Source of the DNA: Acidobacteriota bacterium
GTDB lineage: Bacteria > Acidobacteriota > UBA6911 > RPQK01 > JAJDTT01
Assembly: GCA_965217775.1 (NCBI GenBank)
Contig: CBDCJH010000002.1
Span: 1,376,001-1,440,000 of the forward strand
Direction of reading: 5' to 3'
DNA length: 64,000 nt
Below are positions 39,975 to 48,943 of the stretch, in pieces. The stretch's first letter is position 1. The number at the start of each line of letters is the position of its first letter. The notes below the pieces were generated by a model. It had not been told where the DNA came from. It did no database searches and was given only the letters and a program-made list of their open reading frames with translations. The translations under genes and the position numbers were made by a program.

Positions 39975-40772
39975 ATGCCCGTCGCCGATACCGCCCAGAT
40001 TCATCCCACGGCACAGGTGTCTTCCGGCGCGCGATTGGGGCGCGGAGTGACCGTCGGTCCCTTTGTCATCATTGGGGACGGAGTCGTGATCGGTGAAGAG
40101 ACCGCGGTCGGTCCCCACGCTGTCCTGAAAGGTCCCGCCTGTTTGGGCAAACGAAATCGAATCCTGGGGCAAAGCGCCATCGGGACGGATCCCCAGGACC
40201 TGAAGTACCAGGGCGAGGAGACCTCCCTTCACATCGGCGACGAGAACATCATCCGCGAGTTCGTCACCATCAACCGGGGTACGGCTCAGGGTGGGGCCAA
40301 GACCACGATCGGGAGTCGCAACCTGTTCATGACGGGAGTGCATGTGGCGCACGATTGCCATCTGGGGCACGATGGCATTCTCGCGAATGCGGCGACGCTG
40401 GCCGGCCATGTGGAGATCGAGAATGGTGCTACGGTCGGTGCGTTCACCGGCGTTCACCAGTTTTGCCGGGTGGGACGCCACGCCTTCATCGGCGGCTACT
40501 CCGTGATCACCCGGGACGCGCCGCCATTCATCAAGACGGTGGGACATCGCAATCAGGCCCGGACCTACGGAATCAATGGAATCGGTCTCTCCCGCAAGGG
40601 ATTCTCGGAGGAACGGATTCGGGCGTTGAGGAAGGCCTACCGGTGGATTTTTCGAAAGGGTCTCACCCTGCCCCATGCTCGGGACCGCATCCTGCAGGAG
40701 GATTTGGAAACACCCGATGTCGAAACCCTGCTGCAGTTCCTGGAGACCTCGAGCCGGGGGGTTATTCGGTAG
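39975..40772 (+). CDS. lpxA: Acyl-ACP--UDP-N-acetylglucosamine acyltransferase
   Basis: IHPTA, PQDLKY.GE, IREFVTINRGT, HVAHDC, LAGHV and HQF. Confidence 0.94.
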   Translation: MPVADTAQIHPTAQVSSGARLGRGVTVGPFVIIGDGVVIGEETAVGPHAVLKGPACLGKRNRILGQSAIGTDPQDLKYQGEETSLHIGDENIIREFVTINRGTAQGGAKTTIGSRNLFMTGVHVAHDCHLGHDGILANAATLAGHVEIENGATVGAFTGVHQFCRVGRHAFIGGYSVITRDAPPFIKTVGHRNQARTYGINGIGLSRKGFSEERIRALRKAYRWIFRKGLTLPHARDRILQEDLETPDVETLLQFLETSSRGVIR

Positions 40773-40859
40773 GCGCCTCGCGCCGAATGCTCCGGAGCCA
40801 AGCGTAAGATCGGTGCAGGTTGCTGTGCGAGCACCCCTGGGGACCGGAGAGAGGGATCG

Positions 40860-41717
40860 TTGGAAGTCGAAAAACTCGGATTGATCGCTGGAAACGGACG
40901 GTTTCCGTTCCTGGTGCTGGACGAAGCCCGAAATCGACGGTTGCCGCTGGTCGTGGCAGCCATTCGAGAAGAAGCGGGTCCCCAGTTGGAAGAGATGTCG
41001 GGTCAGCTCTCCAGCGGCTCGTCGTTCCACTGGATCGGGTTGGGCCAGTTGGGGAAGTTGATCCGCGTGTTCAAGAACGCGGGGATACGGCACGCCGTCA
41101 TGGCCGGCCAGGTGAAGCACATCCGCATATTCGCAGCCGGTCTTCGGACGCCGGCGGGAATCCTGTCCGCGCTGCCCGACGGCAGGATGTTGCGCATGCT
41201 GGCGTCACTGCGCCGACGCAATACGCGGTCGCTGATCGAAGGCGTCATCGGAGTCCTGCGGGCCGAGGGGATCGAGGTCCTGGACTCGACCTGGCTGCTG
41301 GCCGATCTGATCCCGGGCCCGGGTGTGCTCACTCGCCGCAAGCCCAACGACCGGGAAAAACGGGACATCGATTATGGCCTGGAAGTGGCCAAGGAGTTGT
41401 CCAGACTCGATCTGGGCCAGACCGTGGTCGTCAAGGATCGAGCCGTGGTGGCGGTGGAGGCCATGGAGGGGACCGATGCCACCATCCGGAGAGCGGCCGG
41501 ATTGGTTGCGGGGAGCCGTCTTACGGTGGTCAAAGCCGGTCGTGCCCGCGACGAGATGAGATACGACGTTCCCGTCATCGGATCGGAGACCTTGAAGGTT
41601 TTGAGAGAGTGCCGGGTCTCAGCTCTCTCCATCGATTCCGGCCTAACCCTGATCCTGGACCGGGACCACTTCGTCCGGGGCGCCGACGATTCGAGAATAG
41701 CGGTGGTCTGCCAATGA
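40860..41717 (+). CDS. lpxI: UDP-2,3-diacylglucosamine diphosphatase LpxI
   Basis: GLIAGNG.FP, MAGQV, D.GQTVVV, AVEAMEGTD..I.RA and R.DVPVIG. Confidence 0.9.
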   Translation: MEVEKLGLIAGNGRFPFLVLDEARNRRLPLVVAAIREEAGPQLEEMSGQLSSGSSFHWIGLGQLGKLIRVFKNAGIRHAVMAGQVKHIRIFAAGLRTPAGILSALPDGRMLRMLASLRRRNTRSLIEGVIGVLRAEGIEVLDSTWLLADLIPGPGVLTRRKPNDREKRDIDYGLEVAKELSRLDLGQTVVVKDRAVVAVEAMEGTDATIRRAAGLVAGSRLTVVKAGRARDEMRYDVPVIGSETLKVLRECRVSALSIDSGLTLILDRDHFVRGADDSRIAVVCQ

Positions 41718-42706
41718 GTGGCAAAGACAGGGTCCGGGTCGGCGTGGTCGGCGTTGGCGTATTGGGGAGTCACCATACCCGCATTTACAGCAGTCTCCCG
41801 GAAGTGGAGCTCGTGGGCGTGGTGGATCCGATCGGAGAAAGGCGGCGGGAGATGGCCTCCCGGTATGACTGCCGATCCTGGCCGGACCACGGTCCCCTGT
41901 TGGATCGGGTAGACGCCGTCAGCGTGGCCGTTCCCACCTCTTTCCACGCTGCCGTCGCCCTTCCGTTCCTGAAGCGGGGAATCCACGTTCTGGTGGAGAA
42001 ACCCATCGCCGAAGACCTGGAATCCGCTCGGCGCATGGTGGATGAGTCCCCAGGGACGGTTCTCCATGTGGGTCACTCCGAGCGGTTCAATCCCGCGGTG
42101 CTGGCAATACGGCCCTTCATCAAGACTCCCCGGTTCTTCGAGGTCCACCGGCTCAGCGTGCTGACGCCACGCAGTCTTGACGTGGATGTGGTTTTGGACC
42201 TGATGATTCATGATCTGGATCTCGTCACCGAGATGGTCCGGAGCCCCATCACGGAGATTCGAGCCGTGGGGATTCCGGTGCTCACCCCCCGGATCGACAT
42301 CGCCAATGCCCGTCTGGAATTCGAGGACGGATGTGTCGCCAATCTCACCTCGAGCCGGGTCTCGAAGCAGAAGATGAGAAAGTTGAGGTTCTTCCAAGCG
42401 GACGACTACATCTCCCTCGACCTGGACCGTCAGGTGGCTGAGGTTTCGAGCATGGTGGAGGTGAATGGGACCAAGCGCATCGTCAACCGGTCTCCGGAGG
42501 TGACGCGCGAAGAACCTCTCAAGATGGAGATTATGGCGTTCCTGGAGCAGGTTGCGAGGAAGCACGGCCAGGAGCGAAAAGTCCGGCGCGGATGTAGCGG
42601 AGGGGAAGGCGCCCGGGTCCTGGAGCTGGCTCTGGAGATCCTGGATCGGATGACCGTAGCCGGTCAGACAGGACCGGCGTTTTCCGTCCCGGACCACGCC
42701 GGTTGA
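41714..42706 (+). CDS. Gfo/Idh/MocA oxidoreductase (GnnA-like)
   Basis: GVG..G..H, EKPIA, GH.ERFNPA and VVLDLMIHD.D. Lies within the lpx cluster. Confidence 0.85.
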   Translation: MSGKDRVRVGVVGVGVLGSHHTRIYSSLPEVELVGVVDPIGERRREMASRYDCRSWPDHGPLLDRVDAVSVAVPTSFHAAVALPFLKRGIHVLVEKPIAEDLESARRMVDESPGTVLHVGHSERFNPAVLAIRPFIKTPRFFEVHRLSVLTPRSLDVDVVLDLMIHDLDLVTEMVRSPITEIRAVGIPVLTPRIDIANARLEFEDGCVANLTSSRVSKQKMRKLRFFQADDYISLDLDRQVAEVSSMVEVNGTKRIVNRSPEVTREEPLKMEIMAFLEQVARKHGQERKVRRGCSGGEGARVLELALEILDRMTVAGQTGPAFSVPDHAG

Positions 42707-43698
42707 TGGGAAAGGCAAATACCGGTGGAGTGGGAAGGTTTTCGTTGAAGACGCCGTCGCCGTCCCCCGAAGATCCCCTACTGATTGCTATCGCCGGTCC
42801 AACGGCCTCCGGCAAGAGCGCGCTGGCGGTCCAGGCGGCTCTCCGGCTGGACGGGGAGATCATCAACTGCGATTCACTCCAGTTGTACCGCGAACTCCGG
42901 ATCGGCACCGGGAAACCGTCGCCCCGGGAAACCGAGTCGGTGCCCCATCATCTGTACGACTTTCTGAAACCGGACGAGATCTACAGTGCAGGGCGATATA
43001 TGGTGGAGGCCAGGAAAGTCTGTCATCAGGTCCGGGATCGGGGAAAGATTCCGTTCGTCGTGGGAGGCACCGGACTCTATCTCAGGGCTCTGCTGCAGGG
43101 AGTCTTCGATGGACCCTCCCGCTGTGAAATCCTTCGGGATCGCTTGGAGAAGATGGTGCAACGCCGCGGTCAGGAGAGATTGCATAGCCTCTTGGCCCGG
43201 AAGGACCCGGAGACGGCCCGGAAGATCGGCGTGGGGGACCGGAGGCGCCTGATACGAGCGCTGGAGGTCTACTTCCTGACAGGGACTCCCATCAGCCGGC
43301 TTCAGGAGCGCCGAACACCGATCGCCGGCTACCGCATTCTGAAGATCGGACTGAACCTGTGCCGTACGCTCCTCTTTCGCAGGATCGAATCTCGAGTCCG
43401 GGAAATGTTTCGCAGTGGCCTTCTGGACGAAGTGGATCGACTACTCGGGAACGGGTACGATGAGCGGTGCAAGGCCTTTGAGGCGTTGGGTTACCGGTAC
43501 GCCGTGCAGACCCTTCGGGGTGAGTTGAAACTGGAGGACGCCATCGAGCTGACGAGCCGGGACACCCGCCGCTACGCCAAACGGCAGATGACCTGGTTTC
43601 GCCGGGAGGACGGCATGCAGTGGATCCCGGCGCCTGGAGAGTCGGAAACGGCGTTGAAGCAGCTTCTGGAGATTGCCCGATGCAGTACGAGCCGGTAA
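42706..43698 (+). CDS. miaA: tRNA dimethylallyltransferase
   Basis: GPTASGKS, DS.QLY..L.IGT.KP, VGGTGLY and RRYAKRQ.TWFR. Confidence 0.95.
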   Translation: MGKANTGGVGRFSLKTPSPSPEDPLLIAIAGPTASGKSALAVQAALRLDGEIINCDSLQLYRELRIGTGKPSPRETESVPHHLYDFLKPDEIYSAGRYMVEARKVCHQVRDRGKIPFVVGGTGLYLRALLQGVFDGPSRCEILRDRLEKMVQRRGQERLHSLLARKDPETARKIGVGDRRRLIRALEVYFLTGTPISRLQERRTPIAGYRILKIGLNLCRTLLFRRIESRVREMFRSGLLDEVDRLLGNGYDERCKAFEALGYRYAVQTLRGELKLEDAIELTSRDTRRYAKRQMTWFRREDGMQWIPAPGESETALKQLLEIARCSTSR

Positions 43699-45137
43699 TC
43701 GGTCTCGAAGTCCACGCTCAACTGCGCACCCGGAGCAAGGTGTTCTGTGGTTGCAGCACCCGGTTCGGAGCTCCCCCGAATTCCCAGACATGTCCGGTCT
43801 GTCTGGGTCTTCCCGGCTCGCTTCCGGTGGTCAACGGGCATGCCGTGGAGATGGCGGTCACGGCCGGACTGGCCCTGGGCTGCCGCATCAATCGGCGTTC
43901 ACTTCTCGCCAGAAAGAACTATTTCTACCCTGACCTTCCCAAGGGTTACCAGATCTCCCAATATGAAGAACCCGTGGCGGTCGACGGCCGGGTACGGCTT
44001 GTGACGATGGATCGCGGGACTCCGGGGAATCGGGGAACCCTGCGCGAACTCAGCGTGGGGATCATTCGTGTCCATCTGGAAGAGGACGCCGGCAAGTCGA
44101 TTCATGCCGCGAGGCAGGACACTCAGGTCAATTTGAATCGATGCGGGGTCCCGTTGATGGAGATCGTCACCCGCCCCGACCTGAGGTCCGGCCGGGAGGC
44201 CAGAAATTTTCTGGACTACCTGAGAAGAGTCCTGCTCTATCTGGCGCTGTGTGACGGGAACATGGAGGAAGGAAGTCTCCGCTGCGATGCCAATGTCTCG
44301 GTCCGGCCATTGGGGGAGACTTCACTCGGGACCAAGACTGAAATCAAGAATCTGAACTCCTTCCGTTTTCTGAACAAGGCTCTGGACTACGAGATCCGGA
44401 GGCAGATTCGAGTCTTGGAGTCGGGGCGGCAAGTGGTTCAGGAAACGCGGCTCTGGAAAGAGGATCTGGAAGAGACCCGTCCCATGAGAAGCAAGGAAGA
44501 AGCCCATGACTACCGGTACTTTCCGGATCCCGATCTGCTTCCGGTCGTGATCTCGGCTGAGCGGCTGGACCAGCTCAGGAACAATTTGCCGGAGCTTCCG
44601 GGAGAACGCGCGCGCCGGTTCGGTTCCCAGTACGGTCTCGATCAGAGCGACGCCCTCGTGGCCACCCGGACGCCCGAGTTTGCCGATTACTTCGAAACAT
44701 CCGCAAAAAGTGCCGGCAGCGCCAAGACGGTTCTGAACTGGATGGTCGGGGATGTGACCCATCGTCTGAAGAGAGATGGGCTGGGACTCCGCGAATCTCC
44801 CGTCGAGGCCGCGGATCTCGGGGAGTTGATCCGGCTCTTGGACGACGGAGCCATCAGCGGCAAGATGGCCAAGGGCGTCTTCGATCGAATGTATGAGACG
44901 GGTAAGTCGCCGCGGACGATCGTCAGGGAACAGAACCTGTCCCAGATCAGTGACCGGAGCGAATTGGAAACCATTGTTTCCGGGATTCTGGAGTCGCATG
45001 TCGACGCCGTGGAACGTTATCGGAATGGGAAGCAGGGCCTGCTGGGATTCTTCGTGGGACAGGTGATGCGGCAGACCCGCGGGCAGGCCAACCCGAAGCT
45101 GGTCAACGAACTGCTCAGAAGGATGTTGGACCGGTGA
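43680..45137 (+). CDS. gatB: Asp/Glu-tRNA amidotransferase subunit B
   Basis: VIGLEVH.QL, RKNYFYPDLPKGYQISQ, HLEEDAGK, EGSLRCDAN.S and DYRYFPDPDL. Confidence 0.96.
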   Translation: MQYEPVIGLEVHAQLRTRSKVFCGCSTRFGAPPNSQTCPVCLGLPGSLPVVNGHAVEMAVTAGLALGCRINRRSLLARKNYFYPDLPKGYQISQYEEPVAVDGRVRLVTMDRGTPGNRGTLRELSVGIIRVHLEEDAGKSIHAARQDTQVNLNRCGVPLMEIVTRPDLRSGREARNFLDYLRRVLLYLALCDGNMEEGSLRCDANVSVRPLGETSLGTKTEIKNLNSFRFLNKALDYEIRRQIRVLESGRQVVQETRLWKEDLEETRPMRSKEEAHDYRYFPDPDLLPVVISAERLDQLRNNLPELPGERARRFGSQYGLDQSDALVATRTPEFADYFETSAKSAGSAKTVLNWMVGDVTHRLKRDGLGLRESPVEAADLGELIRLLDDGAISGKMAKGVFDRMYETGKSPRTIVREQNLSQISDRSELETIVSGILESHVDAVERYRNGKQGLLGFFVGQVMRQTRGQANPKLVNELLRRMLDR

Positions 45138-45538
45138 GGCGCCGCCGCGCTCGGGGTCCGACTCCGGATTCGAAACGGTTGGCCGTGATCGAGGAGATAG
45201 CCGACGATATCTACTCGGTTCAATTCGTGTTGCAGAGTCTCGGTTTCCGGACGCGGTCGTTCTCGCCCCGGTCCTCCATCGCCGATTTGATGGCCTTCGA
45301 CCCGGAATTGATCATCGTGGACATGATGATCTCCGGCGGAGGCGGATACCGCGTCATCCGTCAGATTCGCAGGGCCGGGAACTTGGCTCGGGTGCCGATC
45401 CTGGCCATCGCCGCCGCGGCCATGGAGGGAAGCGCCGAAGAAATTCTGGCCGCGGGGGGTCAGGACGTGTTGACCAAGCCCTACAACATGGCGGAACTCA
45501 AAGAAAAGCTGGGCCGTTTCGTTCCGAAGACGAAATGA
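45134..45538 (+). CDS. Single-domain response regulator (CheY/DivK-like, atypical)
   Basis: VIEE, IIVDMM, PILAI and TKPY, with no output domain. Confidence 0.8.
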   Translation: MRRRRARGPTPDSKRLAVIEEIADDIYSVQFVLQSLGFRTRSFSPRSSIADLMAFDPELIIVDMMISGGGGYRVIRQIRRAGNLARVPILAIAAAAMEGSAEEILAAGGQDVLTKPYNMAELKEKLGRFVPKTK

Positions 45539-45615
45539 GAAGCGTCGTTTCCCAACAGCTTCTCCGCTACGTGAACGCCTCTCTTTACTGAGGATTTCGG
45601 AATCTCTCGGAAGGG

Positions 45616-45703
45616 TGGTGCCGGAGGGGAGACTCGAACTCCCACGGGCGTCTAGCCCACTGCGTCCTGAACGCAGCGCGTCTGCCAATTCCACCACTCC
45701 GGC
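45616..45703 (-). tRNA. tRNA-Leu(CAG)
   Basis: GCCGGAGTGGTGGAATTGGCAGACGCG-CTGCG-TTCAGGA-CGCAG, a long variable arm, GGAGTTCGAGTCTCC and CTCCGGCACCA with encoded CCA. Confidence 0.96.
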
Positions 45704-45747
45704 GACCTGACGATGAGTTTACACCACAACAGGACGCGAGTGCGACC

Positions 45748-45765
45748 GTAGGGGCGACCCTCGTG
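45748..45765 (+). repeat. Left half of a GTAG REP split by the IS481 element
   Basis: GTAGGGGCGACCCTCGTG rejoins 50996 to give GTAGGGGCGACCCTCGTGGTCGCCC. Confidence 0.8.
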
Positions 45766-45856
45766 TGTACGGTATCAGGACATCGTTTACAGTTTGTATC
45801 AGGACATCCTTTACACATCAGGGTGAGAAGTAGCCTTCTTTGGGTAGGAGGTGAAG

Positions 45857-47008
45857 ATGCCCTGGAAAGTGACGAATGTGATGGATCAGAAGATCCGTTT
45901 CGTACTTCGGGCCGTGCAGCCTGGGGCCAACATGAGCGCCCTGTGTCGGGAGTTTCAGATCAGTCGGCCGACAGGTTACAAGTGGCTGAAGAGGTATCGG
46001 GAAGCCCACAGCGTGACCGGACTGGAGGAGCGCTCCCGGCGGCCCCGGCACAGTCCGGCGAGAACGGCGGCGGCGGTGGAAGCTCGGGTGGTGGAACTGC
46101 GGCGGCAATACGGGTGGGGAGGCAAGAAGCTGCAGGTGCTGCTGGAGCGCGAAGGCGTGTCCTTGAGTGTCCCGACGGTGAATCGGATTCTGCGGCGGCA
46201 GGGCGAGTTGGGGGAATACCAGGCGCAACGGCCGGCACCGCAACGATTCGAACGATCCCAGCCCAACGAGTTGTGGCAAATGGACTTCAAGGGGCCGTTT
46301 CAGGGCCCCGAAGGGCCGTGTCATCCGCTCTCGATCCTGGACGACTGCTCGCGGTATTCGGTGGGGTTGTATGGTTTGCCGACCACGCAAATGGATCCGG
46401 TGCAAACCTGTCTACGAAGGACCTTTGAGGGCTACGGAGTGCCGGAGGCCATGCTGATGGACCATGGGGCCCCTTGGTGGAGTACCAGCAATGGATGGGG
46501 GCTGACGCGATTGAGCGTGGAATTGATCAAGCAAGGGATCGACCTGATCTACGGGCGAGTCCGGCACCCGCAGACGCAGGGGAAGGTGGAACGATTTCAT
46601 CGCACTTTGAGCGACTCGGTGGCGCACCGGGGGCGACCGCAACGGTGGCAGGAGTGGGAGCGATTTCTGCAGGACTTTCGCCAGGAATACAATCAGGTTC
46701 GACCCCATGAGTCGCTGCGGATGGAGGTCCCGGCCCAACACTACCGTCGCAGTACGCGTGGCTACGATCGGGACCCGGCTCCCTGGGAGTATCCCCGGGG
46801 GCTGCAGGTGAAACGGCTCAATCGCCGGGGGTGTTTGAGCGCGGGCGGGGACCGTTACTTTGTGTGTGAGTCCTTGGCGGAGGAGTGGGTGGGCGTGGAA
46901 GAGTTGGAAGACAAGCTGCTGGTCCGCTACCGGCACCTGTACATCCGTGAAGTCCACTTGCAGACCCGGCAGACGCGAGCTCTGGTCTGGCGGGTGGGGC
47001 AGGACTGA
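45857..47008 (+). CDS. IS481-family DDE transposase
   Basis: MPWK start after AGGAGG, HTH (ISR.TGYKWL.RY), WQMDFKG, LDD.SRY, DHG, PQTQGKVERFH and YN..RPH. Confidence 0.92.
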   Translation: MPWKVTNVMDQKIRFVLRAVQPGANMSALCREFQISRPTGYKWLKRYREAHSVTGLEERSRRPRHSPARTAAAVEARVVELRRQYGWGGKKLQVLLEREGVSLSVPTVNRILRRQGELGEYQAQRPAPQRFERSQPNELWQMDFKGPFQGPEGPCHPLSILDDCSRYSVGLYGLPTTQMDPVQTCLRRTFEGYGVPEAMLMDHGAPWWSTSNGWGLTRLSVELIKQGIDLIYGRVRHPQTQGKVERFHRTLSDSVAHRGRPQRWQEWERFLQDFRQEYNQVRPHESLRMEVPAQHYRRSTRGYDRDPAPWEYPRGLQVKRLNRRGCLSAGGDRYFVCESLAEEWVGVEELEDKLLVRYRHLYIREVHLQTRQTRALVWRVGQD

Positions 47009-47719
47009 AGGGTGTGGGCGGCGCGGGAGGAGGGCACCGAAGTGGCCGTCGAGAACGGTCCCCTTCCGGTTCCTGGCGAGGCCGTTCGGGGGGGGAGCCA
47101 CAAGGAGGGGTTCGAGAGATTCGCCGAGGGGCCGGGATGGGGCTGCGGAGCGTCTGGAGGACCCGCAGGAGACGCCCGGTTGGGGAGCGACGAGAGGGGG
47201 CTGGTGCGAGACGATCGGGGACGGGGGAGGCGCCAGGCCGCGATCGCATGGCCGTGGGGAGTCCGCCGCCGGCCGGTCGGTCACTGGATCAAGCCGCCTG
47301 GGGGTCACCCGCCCGGTGTGGCCGCAGCGGATTTCCGGTTGCCGTGGGGCCAGCCGTCGGTGCTCATGGAGGTGATGGGGGACCTGAATGTCAATGGCCA
47401 CTGAACATTGCACACATCGCTGGAGACCCCGTGGCGGTCGCGGCCGCGACCGCCACGGGGTCTCCAGCGGCCGGATCTGGTCCCTTCATGCCTCCCTCCT
47501 TTCGGCTCCGGATTCCTGTGCGCCGACCGCTCGGGCGGCGGTCGGATGGATCGCCCTGGAGAGCTCGGCGTGGCGGAGCGGCCGGGGGGCCGGTTCGAAC
47601 GGGAGCGGGAATGGCGAACTGCTGGGGCATCTTGGCCGGACTCAGGTTCGTTTCACTGCCGGAGCCGAGGGCGTTCCCGTCACCGGCGACGAAGCGGCCG
47701 AGGAGGGTGGACGCGAAAC

Positions 47720-48100
47720 GCCGTCCCCGGACTTCGACTTCAGCCTCCAGCGATCGATTCAGCGGGAGCCGATCGACTCGCTCGACGAGCTGGGCTTCGT
47801 GGAGCGAAGGGAGAACCTCGTCTTGCGGGGTCCGCCCGGGGTGGGCCCAACGTCTCGAGCCCTCCGCGGGGCCAACGTCCAAGACCCGGATCCGTCCGGC
47901 ACCCCTGGAGGGGGAGGAGATCGGCACCCTTAGGGTCCGCCCGAGCGGCGCGGTTCGGTTGGTCCAACGGGGGAACCGGCGTGACGAGCCGACCTCGACG
48001 GAGTTGACCTGGAACCCGGCTCTTGAGCCCTGGGGCCAGATCCTGGGAGAGCAGGTGATGGCGGTGCTGGTGAACCGGGTTCGGCCCTGCGGCCACAGCG
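47720..48100 (+). pseudogene. istB: istB (IS21 helper ATPase) fragments
   Basis: DFDFSLQRSIQREPIDSLDELGFVERRENLVLRGPPGVG (Walker A broken after GVG). In another frame, NRRDEPTSTELTWNPALEPWGQILG resembles IstB RRYE..S.VLTSN....WG. Confidence 0.7.
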
Positions 48101-48602
48101 ACCGGCGGCGCCGTGCCGCCGAGCTCTCCAAGGGGGCGCCATCCGGGCGCCCTCCGAAGATGGGGTGAAGCTCTCGCCGTCGGAGCAACCGTGTCCTGAA
48201 GGCCGTCCCTTCTCAATGGCCATGGACACGGTCCGCCCAGGGCTGCGGGAGCGGGAAGGAGGGGGGCATGACGGGACCCCGGCCGGCTACGGGGTCTCCC
48301 GCGATGGATGCCATTTTTGCGGCCGATTGACAGGGCCGGGATTCCGGCCTGTCCCCAGCGTCCGGAACCGTCACGCCGGCCGTCGGTGCGATTCGGAGCG
48401 AGCCTGGGGCGCCGGGTGCACCCGGCGCCCCAGGCTCGCTGTTGCAGACCCCCGCCGGCTCTGTTTTGCATGGACGTGATCCCGCCCTTGGCTGCAACCG
48501 GCAGCCGCCCTGCCTCCCCCTGACCGAAGCGGAATGACCACCGAGACCCACTTGAACCAGATGACCCAACCGTCCACCCAAACGCGATCCCTTCAACCTA
48601 CC

Positions 48603-48716
48603 GGTCCGCCCGAGCGGCGCGGTTCGGTTGGTCCAACGGGGGAACCGGCGTGACGAGCCGACCTCGACGGAGCTGACCTGGAACCCGGGTCTTGCGCCCT
48701 GGGACCAGATCCTGGG
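48603..48716 (+). repeat. Direct repeat of 47934..48047 (decayed istB 3' part)
   Basis: 114 bp with 4 mismatches counted by eye. Weaker similarity continues (CCTGCGGCCACAGCGACCGGCG). Confidence 0.85.
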
Positions 48717-48943
48717 GGGTGGTGGCGGCCCTTCTGGACCGAGACTTGTCCTGCGGCCACAGCGACCGGCGACGCCGCCCCGCGGAACGCTCCAGGACGA
48801 TCCATCCGACGACCGCGCGAGCGGTTCGCCCAGAGGACTCCGGACCGAGAAGGCGGGGCTCCTGCGATGTATGCAGTTCTCGATGGCCCGAAGTGTGCAA
48901 TTTTCGATGGTCATTGACACAACGGCCATGGACCAGCTGTAAA

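Larger units (their letters stand above)
47389..48919. mobile_element. Degenerate, rearranged IS21-family relic
   Basis: Ends TGTCAATGGCCACTGAACATTGCACAC (47389) and GTGTGCAATTTTCGATGGTCATTGACA (48919), a third end at 48332, and istB-like fragments. Confidence 0.7.

Noticed and set aside
40820-41713. 628-aa fusion upstream of the Gfo/Idh/MocA gene
   Set aside because: This is an alternative frame over lpxI. The true start is ATG 41714, overlapping the lpxI stop.
45772-45815. Tandem GTATCAGGACATCnTTTACA repeats, mirrored at 50940-50985, as a mini-CRISPR
   Set aside because: Only two units per side with ~3-nt spacers, inverted between the two sites. They are IS481 subterminal transposase-binding repeats, and no cas genes are present.
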